From Amoebidium appalachense (Eukaryota; Protista; Ichthyosporea), in NCBI GenBank assembly GCA_963693365.1, contig CAVNZM010000009.1:264463-328462 (forward strand): DNA of 64,000 nucleotides, read 5' to 3'. Position numbers and translations under genes: made by a program. Shown in pieces: positions 33,863 to 64,000 of this stretch. How positions within the stretch are numbered: the first letter of the stretch is position 1; each line of letters opens with the position of its first letter. The notes below the pieces were generated by a model. It was not told the origin of the DNA. It did no database searches and saw only the letters and a program-made list of their open reading frames with translations.

Positions 33863-35152
33863 TGTGCGTGTGTACACACATGCCTCTTTCGTGCATGAGT
33901 CTCACACTTGTGTTAATTCGTGTGTCTGTGTGTTTATGTGGGCAGTGTGCAAGTTTTAAAGCGTACATATTTCTGTGTGTGGCATGTGTGTGTGCACGTG
34001 TGTGTATGAGGGTGCCTTTCGTGTGAGAGCAGGTGTGTGTATGTATGCATCCTAGAAACGGCTTGTTCTGAATGGGTCAAGCAATAATATGTCAGAGATA
34101 GCACGTCCGTACCCCCCTCTCCTCCTCTCTATCCACCCTCCCCCCCTCCCCCCCCCCAAACCCCCAGCACCACCACCAGCAGCACAACCTAATCACAAGG
34201 ACCCCTTGAATTTCAGATGAACCAGACCTTTTTCCAACTCAACCTTTCCCAAAATGCCCCCCCTCCCCCCCCCCCCTCTTCCCCCCTCCCACGGAAAAAA
34301 AAAGGAAGCGAACAAGCCCACGACGACAAACCTTACCCACCTCAGTCTCTGAGCAGAAGTGGAAAATATCAAACCCCGAGTAGTTGTTAAAAGCCCCCCC
34401 ATTGCATAATTCCATGGCTATGCAGTAGCTTTTTCCTGACTTGCAGGCATATACCCCCAGAAACCCCAAAACATTGGGGTGCCTTCCAAGCCGCCGCAAG
34501 AGACGGACCTCGTTGATAACCTGAGGAGGAGAGGTGGGGGGGGAGATGGGTGGCGGTGGTGGAGGGTGGGGTAGGAGGGGGCATGAGTGGGTGGACAAGG
34601 GGAAGTTGGCAGGGGGGAGGGGGGGAGGTTTGGGGTTAGTGCATGGACTAGTGCCCGGACAGCAACCCTTCATTTCAGTGGTGAATAATGTAGCTCTCGT
34701 TAATTACACAAGCACACCGTGCATGTACACCTACGGTTGAACACGTGGCGTTACTGAAGATCTGCGTGCATGTTAGTTATCTAATTACCCAACACATTTT
34801 ACAGGGAGTTGCACACTACACAGAGGGGCATAACCAGCAACCGCGCATTATTGAAGGTTGTTACCGGTGTGTACTTAGAGCCACGGCAATGATTGTGTGA
34901 ACATATACACATCACGCCCAGAGAATGGTTCACACGATGACAGACATCTCGAGCACAGCCTTAAAGGGATCAAGGCTCAGCTGAGGAATGGGCTGTGTGA
35001 TGTGTTTGCATGCATGCACCGTGGGATAGAAAAGGTGAGCAGTAATTCTCGTGAATGGTGAGCTATCAAGAGACCGTCAAAAGAAAAAAGCAAAGTGTGT
35101 AGGTGTCTCGTTTTGTTCGGTGCTTGCGTGGGTAGAGGGCGGGGGGGTTGAA

Positions 35153-35207
<55 letters not shown>

Positions 35208-35426
35208 GGGAGGGGCCTCTGTGCGTACCGCTGCGTCCGATTGTGTCTTCTCGTCCTGCTCGATAAACTTCAAGGCCACCTTCTTGCCGGACAGCTTGCA
35301 CTTGCCCTGCCTGACCTCTCCAAACCTGCCTGCCCCCAGGACTGACCCCACCTTGAAATAATCCTCCACCACCCCCGGGAACAACATGGACTCCAGGCCC
35401 CCATCCTTGCCTTTGTCTCCCGCCAT
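26544..35426 (-). CDS. CAMK-group Ser/Thr kinase with calcineurin-B/NCS-like EF-hand region and C-terminal PH domain
   Basis: Ten phase-consistent exons: 35426-35229, 34520-34341, 33454-33356, 32682-32457, 31628-31367, 30453-30237, 29478-28936, 28266-28075, 27283-27029, 26630-26544. Kinase motifs LGAGRFGEV, VALK, HPNV, HCDIKPHN, LADFG, GTPAYMAPE, DIWSVGV, RRPSAAALLRHPW. EF-like KLQLAFELFDRQKAGRID. PH-like KQGWMFMQ..WRERFFALRDRDLHMYE..LEAKSNAVIKVWAEML. Confidence 0.9.
29498..29665. repeat. 22-bp minisatellite, about 8 copies of TGTTGGTGTGATACACGTATTA, in a kinase intron
   Basis: TGTTGGTGT recurs at 29502, 29524, 29546, 29568, 29590, 29612, 29634 and 29656. Confidence 0.92.
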
Positions 35427-37254
35427 GACTAAGGTAAGGAGTGATGGGTAGGTGAATGGCTAACCAAGGTGGAAATGAAAGGAGGCAGGTGCATGCTACT
35501 GGCAGGTGATATTTGGGTAAGAGATAGAATATTTTTACACCGTTCAGTGCACAGTGAATAGCAGTGGTACGGTGCTCGCAAGTCAACAAGAACGTGGGTG
35601 CCTACACTGATTAGGCATGATTAGGCAATGTCTACAAATACGCAGCCCAATACATCCGTGGCTGCAATAAACAACGACCCAAAATATGCTACTGCGCTAG
35701 TTGACTCACTGCATCACCTGTTCATCGCTGCCCAACCCTCTCGTTTTTTCGGCTCCCTCGAGCCAAGAGCTTGAATTCACCTCAGTGGGGCCGGCAGCCG
35801 GCCGGGCGGCGGTGAACAGTTCAGCATGCACATTCCAATGCTTGCATTCCTAAGGCTAATTGATTAAATTGAAATGAAAACAGCCAATAAAACACATTAA
35901 AAAATAAACAAATCGGACACGGACCAATGTGTAGTCGTCTTTTTATTGGCTATTTTTAGATCAAAGTTTGGTCACAGCTCTGTCACGTGACTGGCCCCAC
36001 AGTGTACACAACCACACAGTTTATTAGTACACAGCCACATGTGCACAGTGTCACAGTCTATTTGTATACGTACACAGTCACACAATTTATTTGTACACAG
36101 TCACAGTTTATCAGTTTTTGACGTACACGGTCCCATTTTGTTTGTACACAGTCACATTTTAGTTGTACACAGTCAGACGGTCAGTGTGCTGTGCACTCGC
36201 TGTGCAACTTGTGCTTCCTGCCTTCACTCTCCTGTGTTACCGTACGCGTACTGAATCCGAGCTTTTAAGTCCAGTTAAGATACACTGTGCACAACCATAG
36301 CTAGGTTCGAGGATGAAGAAAGGGCATGAGAGGTTGGGATTGGGAGGGGCAGGATTAATGCCATGTGTGTGGGTGCTCTTTGATGGGAGGATGGTTGCAA
36401 GGATCGAAGCTGGGGCTCAGGTCTGGCGGAGAAAGACTCTTGGAGAGAGGGGGGAAAGGGAAGAGGGGGGAGAGAGGGGAGGGGAGGGTGGGCGATATTT
36501 TGAACGCCAGCTTAATGAACACACGGTGCACACAACACACCCGCACTTGATTGCCTTGAAGGTGTATGTGTATGGACGGTCGAAAGTATGAATGTGCAAC
36601 CTATGTATGTGTGTGTGTCTCTGTGTGTGCGTGTCTATGTGCAGTGTAACTCTATATGCACGTAGGTTATGGCTGCAAGGAGTACCAGCAAAGCCAAGAG
36701 GTGGGGGTGGAAGCAACTTCTAGGTGTCGTCTCTCGAGTCGTTCGTAGCTACTAGTGGGTGGGTGGGTGGTGGGGGTGGTGGTGGTGGTATGGGGGGAGA
36801 GCTCCGAGGGGACACGAGCACAGAGACCAAAGATGCAGTTTGTTACACGGTGGCATTCGAGTTCATACAAGTTCCGTAATAAGTACAATATTTTAACTTT
36901 AAATAGTACATATACAATTAATATATACAACTATCATTTCTAACTTGGTGTGGCCCTTAGTTGACTTGAAGCAACTGTTAACAATTTTGTGCCGCCAAAC
37001 CTGCGCTTACATGTTACACCAACTGCCCCCCTCTACCCCCCCCAAACCACCAGCAGGCACATACCCTCCCACGTACAAACGCCACATATAACATCAAAAT
37101 CATCACCTTCCTGCCCACAGGCCGTGCACATCCTCCCCCCTCTCCCCCTCCCCCCACCTCCCCCCACCCCCTCAGCCCACTCACCAACATACATACAAAG
37201 CCAAAAGAAAAAACCTTTCTCACAGATTCGGACAATTCAGCCCCACTTACTGCC

Positions 37255-37591
37255 CTAGTGAAGTATGTGGTTAAATATGAAGCAAATGATGCCTACCATG
37301 AACACAAGACTCAACAGAAACCCACCAGCTAAAGCCTCGGCCCCACCAGTCATCACTACCGTTGCAATAAATGCCGCCATAAGGGGCCCGAAAAACTGCC
37401 CTGGTCCCGCCCCTTGCGTGGGGGCTCTATCTGTTAAATTCCTCCCTGCTGGTGCCTGGTTGACTATGCAATGGATGACTGTTGAGGATGTGACCCCCGC
37501 ACCCTCAAATGTTTCCCCCCTGAAAGTTCACGGCCCCCAAAAATGAGACGAACAGATTTGCCGCTTGTGAGTTCCGTGGAGAACTCCCGCC

Positions 37592-37669
<78 letters not shown>

Positions 37670-38034
37670 TGGGAGGGAGGGGAGGGGGAAGGGGGGGGGG
37701 GGGGGGGATTCAGTGAGCTGTCCGGTACCTGTGTGCAAGTGACTTGCCGGTTTTGTGTGAGCCGTATAGGTACACGCACGCCTGGGAGAATGCGTGGTGC
37801 CTTCCTGTGTTCCTGCCGTATGTACGTCTAGTGTTGGGCTACGTGTGCATGTAAGGGCAAGCAGTGAAAGCTTAAGATGGGGAGTACAAAGGGTGGGCGG
37901 CATACAGGGAGGGAGACTGAGAGAGAGAGAGAGGTGGGGGGGAAGAGGGGAGGGGGAAGAGAGAGAGAAACCTAGGGAGGGAAGGAGGGAGGGGGGGGGG
38001 GGGAAAGAGAGAGAGAGAGAGAGCGAGGGAAAGG

Positions 38035-38091
<57 letters not shown>

Positions 38092-38878
38092 GGGGGGAGA
38101 GGAAGAGAGAGAAATTGTATTGTACGTATGTGCACCGTTTGAATAAGCACAGTACAGTCGCTGTGCAGAGAGCCCTTATCCTTTTTTTCAACAACCAAAA
38201 CAATAGAACCTGCCCCCCCCCCCCCCCCCCCCCCCCCTCCCCTCCCCTACCCCTTGTACACCCAAAAATAATCCAGCACACACATTTGTGTGTTTCTTAA
38301 CTAAATCCCACCAAATACTTGAAGATGCCTTCTCCCACTTGTTCAATTCAACTAGGCCAACTTACCCAAACAACACTCTCATAAGAATAGCTATGATCGA
38401 CACAATCATCCCCGTACCCCCCCCCTCCCCCCCGCCCCCCTCCCCCCCCCCCCCCCCCCCCTCACCTACCACCCCCCAAACTCCAACCCCAAACGTACCT
38501 TTTAAACTCGTCCGCGCGCGTGTCCGCCCGGACGTGCACTGTCCTCTCTGTCTCTCCCACCTTTAACCTCACTACCAAACCTTCAGCACGTGACTCACTT
38601 CCATCCTCACCCCCCACCGCTCCATCTGCTTCGGTATTCCTGTGTGCTCTTGGCTCTGGCTGTGCTGACTGTCTTGTGCTCGCTTCCTGCTGTTCGCCAT
38701 TGTTCCTCGCAGGTGTTTGAGGCGCATGTGGTTGCTCCCTTGGCCTATCTGTCTGTGCATCTTCGTTGCTGCATGCTGTGCTAAAAAACCTTACAGCGGC
38801 GAAAACAAACACAAACGCACAGAGAGGCAGCAGCAGCGCGACTGCGTTGTCTACACCCGCAACAACCTGTCCGCCCAT
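37255..38878 (-). CDS. Transmembrane and ubiquitin-like domain protein (TMUB1/2-like) with an apparent 1-nt frameshift
   Basis: Exon 1 38878-38499: MGGQVVAGVDNAVALLLPLCAFVFVFAAV (TM)...LVVRLKVGETERTVHVRADTRADEFKR. Exon 2 from 37590: REFSTELTSGKSVRLIFGGRELSGG, then in a shifted frame ETFEGAGVTSSTVIHCIV and two hydrophobic helices, stop at 37255-37257. TM-UBL-TM-TM layout is that of TMUB. Confidence 0.78.
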
Positions 38879-39159
38879 GTTTCAGTTTCTGATGCACTGC
38901 GATAGTATCACCAAACAAATGATTTTAATTGTTCAGCATGTTAATTGTACATCTGGTCCCCTGCCTTCCATGAGCAGACACATAGTGCGTCTATTATTAC
39001 GGGTATCCCGTGCATGGTAGTTTAAATGTTTGATGTTCCTGCTCATACCGTGAATTTCCCTCAGTGAAAGTCATGGTCAAGTAATGCTTTTCCTTTTTTT
39101 TTTGACAACTGTGACCCTGCAAGCTGCCTACTTAAAGAAATCCGCAAAATCTTCTGGCT

Positions 39160-39300
39160 AAATATAGATGCATAGGAAATTATACATTGGCTAAATATCA
39201 TTGTTTGTTGTTGCTGCTCCAATATTCCAGACTTGGCAAGTCACATGATGGTGACGTCATTGGTCATGAGGAATTTGGCGCGAAATTTCCGGCAGTCGCT
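39160..39300. promoter_or_regulatory. Putative bidirectional promoter between the TMUB-like gene and CCT7
   Basis: Divergent starts about 560 bp apart. ATTGG boxes, TGACGTCA at 39252-39259 and TTTGGCGCGAAA at 39274-39285. Confidence 0.6.
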
Positions 39301-39441
39301 CTGGTCCAGTGTCTCAACACAACGAAAAAACGAGATCGGTGTAAAACCACAACGAAGGGAGGGATTGTTTTTAACGTTTTGTGAAGCCGAAAACAAGAAA
39401 CTCAGCTCCCAAACACCGGCGGAGACAGGGCAGTATTGAAG

Positions 39442-49169
<9,728 letters not shown>

Positions 49170-50055
49170 CCGGCTGCAGTGCCTCTCCTTTTTTTTTTGG
49201 TTTTGTTTTGTTTTTGATAGTCTTTTGTTGTTATCCAATAGTTTCTTTCTCAAATTTTTTTTTTTGGTTTGCTCCTTGCACAACCAATGTTTCCTGCTGC
49301 TGGCCAGCGGGCCTCATAGTCCCACCCACCTTAGATCCACACAGCGGCTGGGATGGGCAGGACCCAGCCCCCCACGTCTTGTGTGTGAACGAATTTACCA
49401 GACTCTGCACAACACACCCTCATGCTTCCATAGTTACTCGAACAGCCACTTTGGGTGTGCAGACGTCTGTGCTGCATGCGCCCACCCCATACGGTATTAC
49501 CGCACCCCCGGCACGAACAACTTGTGAGCAGGCTGGCCTGCTTCAGAAATAAATATACATCGATCTAATCCGATATCCGGTGTGCATAATTGCGTTCCTT
49601 CCGGGCCATCCCCTCCCCCTCCTCCTCCTCCTCCTCCCTCCCCCAAAGCGCACACAGCTTCCCCCACTTGGTGTGCCTGCCCTCACAACCAACGCCACCG
49701 CCATCACCATATCAGTGAGACGACACGATCGTCGCGATCCAGTCAAGGCAAAACCTCGGGTGTTAAGGCTGGTGCGCCACCCAAAAAGGTTGGAGTGGTT
49801 GACACAGCCCAACTGCCCAAGGCCTTGGAGAACATCAGAATGTGTGCGAGCTGCACCACCCGCATTGTCTCATAAGCAGTAATAGGTTTGGCGTTACTCG
49901 CAACTGCTAGCCTGCCAATTTACTTAAAAAGGGGATCCCCCTCCCCCCCTGCACCAGCTCTATTGAAACCAACCACACAAGTCATTGTGATGACATAGTA
50001 TAGCACATCCCGCACCCACTTGTTAACCTCGAGTGCCTGTAAAGGAGCATAAAAC

Positions 50056-61484
<11,429 letters not shown>

Positions 61485-61811
61485 AATGGAGTGCACTGCC
61501 TTGCGGTTTTCACGGCACCATTCCGAATACTCAACCTGGGCAGATTTGAGTACTAGTTAGTGATGGTAGTGAGTATGTTTTCGGTGTACATAGGAGTATC
61601 TCAGCGGAACGACAGAACATGCAAAACCGAAATGAATGCTTGATATTATCAACACCTTTGATGGACATGGCCTTTGCTTCTATCTCTTCCCATCTCTCTC
61701 TCCTTTTTTTGTTCCTTTTCTTTTTGTTTTGTCGGTGGGTGTGTTTGCGCGCACGTCTCGCGAGCGGCGCGCGCGCATGTGTGTACGTGTGTGCGTACGT
61801 ACGTTCATCGT

Positions 61812-61842
<31 letters not shown>

Positions 61843-61869
61843 CCGTGGGGGGGTGGGGGGTGGGTGGGT

Positions 61870-61925
<56 letters not shown>

Positions 61926-62907
61926 GGGGGGGGATGTAGATTCAGATACAACCAACATGTATTGAGCAATCGAAAAGAGTGCAAGATAACCATTATGGGA
62001 ACGTAATGAGGAAAAGCTGTATATGGTCACCATTTGTATATGCATTCATGATCTCAGGCTATCCTGTGAGGGATTATATCTCTTACCATAGCATTTAGTG
62101 CGGTTGCTACGATAACAAAAAATGTAACCTTATTAGGAAGGAGCGGCAGCGCTGGTCGCATGTCATCCCTACCAACCTTAAGTATAGCTAGCCCTACGTA
62201 GAAAATCGATATATACTAGTAGGGCCTGTCTCTTCAATATAGAAAACTTGCATTCGGGCAACACACCTAAAACCCCAGAGACCAGCATTTATTCGTATCA
62301 AAATAAAGGATAAAAAGCATGCAACGTGTTATAAGTAACGGTAGGTTGCCAAATACTGGCAAAAAATGTAACTCCAAGCAGCTGGCAGCTAATTAGGTAC
62401 TGTTTCAGAAACATTCAAAGCAGTTCGATGCTCCGTGGAATATACAAGAACTGCTGATAACGGGCAAAAATTTTAACTTCAAAGGTGCATCTGGGTAAGC
62501 AGTAAAGAGAATAACAGCATCAAATGTTTTATTTTCATGTTACCGGTGCATGGACCATTGATCGGACCCGCGGCCACGTCATGATTACTTACATGTAATA
62601 CTTCGTACATACATACTCCAGAGGTGATAGGTTGCATTAGATACATAGCCACACTGCCAGTACTGTGCTAGCTACTTACTAAGATAAATAGTCTAATAAT
62701 ATCAGGAGCCGAAGTAGCTTGCAATAGACACGAACTCGAATAATATGCGCACTATTGCAATTGATATTACTAGTACACCAGCCGTATGTATGTAGTCTGT
62801 AGTGCAGATAGATACAAGCGCCGTTCTCATGAGACACAGCCTGTGCTAGGTTCAGTACCAACATCAACAATAGATATCTTCTGCATCTAATCCTTTGCTC
62901 CTATCAC

Positions 62908-63285
62908 CTAGGGCCCACATATGACCTGCACATCCTGGTACATGCACACACCCTTCTGCACATTGCAGTGCACGTCCAAATACTCTTGCACGGAGCACTG
63001 GCTGTAATCATCCCCACACCCCGCCTTCTGACACATCACGTCATCTTGCGGCCCAGCACACTTCACCTCATGCCATCCCATCTCAGTGCATGGGTCATAA
63101 CCACTAACGGTGATGTCGCGTGTGATCACGTGGTGCTCGTACGTGTTGGGGACATGGCGCAGGGGGTATGAGATTTGGGGTTGGTCATGAGGGGCGGGGC
63201 TTGCTGCGACCGTTGAAGACATGAGGCCTGCAGTTGCGAATGCCAGCGCAATAAGGGTGGTGGAAGTGAAACACTGCAGTGCCAT
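62908..63285 (-). CDS. Small secreted cysteine-rich protein (signal peptide, probable pro-region, 8-Cys domain)
   Basis: Intronless 125-aa ORF from ATG 63285: hydrophobic MALQCFTSTTLIALAFATAGLMSSTVAA, then SPAP...HHVITR, then DITVSGYDPC...ICGP with 8 Cys. High-complexity sequence with AT-rich flanks. Confidence 0.75.
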   Translation of the reverse strand: MALQCFTSTTLIALAFATAGLMSSTVAASPAPHDQPQISYPLRHVPNTYEHHVITRDITVSGYDPCTEMGWHEVKCAGPQDDVMCQKAGCGDDYSQCSVQEYLDVHCNVQKGVCMYQDVQVICGP

Positions 63286-64000
63286 TTTGGGGTTTATAAT
63301 AGCTTTAGCGCGCGCACAGCTTATGGGATACTCAATTTTTTGTAGTACGGTGATGTAAAGAAGATGCTGTGCGGAGGATATCGATGGTGATCGTCTGGCG
63401 GAACTGCAGGTTATATACTCATTTTCAAACCAAAGCGACCAATCAAGAAACGATAACCATAAAATTAACAAGTTAAATGCCTTTCGTGACTCTCAACTAA
63501 TAGGATTGCACAAATGGCTTTTTTGTTATGGTGCGGGCAGCGGGAATGCAGATCCGAGTCAGGGGACGAATAGGAACAATGCTGGCCTCTAGATCGACCA
63601 ATTACGATTTTGTTGTCATCTTTGGTTACCTGCCCGCGGCAGCCCGCCCATTGCTTCATTCTGATTGGTTGTCACACCGCGGGATTTCCCGATTGTTCTT
63701 CCAATGACATTTTCTATCACTATCGACAGTTCTCCAATATTAGAACAGAAAACGGTTTATACCCAGATGGCCAGATGGCCAGATCAAATTCAGTCTGTGA
63801 GCAGGGGGGGGGGATCCACCTGAAGTCAAAACAATCTGGCCATCTGGCCATGTGGCCATAGAATAGATTAGCATGTAAGGCACTGGCTGCCACCACTGGG
63901 GGCCGTGGTTCCGGCAGGAGGGGGGGCACACGTGCAGGGGAGGCAGGGGGTCGGGGGAGGCACACGTGCACAGGAGGCTGGGGAGAGTGGGGGAACCATG

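Noticed and set aside
37265-37546. 93-aa + strand ORF
   Set aside because: Antisense shadow of TMUB-like exon 2.
63286-63471. N-terminal extension of the 187-aa ORF
   Set aside because: Starts at a non-ATG codon; the signal peptide begins at ATG 63285.

Overview
Gene-dense window from an intron-rich eukaryote whose GT-AG introns are packed with (CA)n/(GT)n, (CT)n and poly-C/poly-G tracts. The gene content suggests a unicellular holozoan or other opisthokont (inference only). Most ORF-track entries are microsatellite noise. Splicing by hand gives nine genes: the 3' part of a bacterial-like GH13 glycosidase (+), an R7-like DEP-DHEX-RGS protein (-), TMEM120 (+), a low-complexity bromodomain protein (+), a CAMK-group kinase fused to EF-hand and PH domains (-), a TMUB-like protein (-, apparent 1-nt frameshift), CCT7 (+), an endosomal Na+/H+ exchanger (+) and an intronless secreted Cys-rich peptide (-). 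There are two divergent promoters, one TA-flanked MITE and several local tandem duplications. The most notable signals are the kinase-EF-PH architecture, 3' splice sites preceded by (CA)n instead of a pyrimidine tract, duplicated stop-carrying splice-site arrays, a GGL-less R7 RGS, a likely horizontally acquired GH13 and a long hairpin upstream of the Cys-rich peptide gene. No database searches were run; family calls come from recognised motifs.
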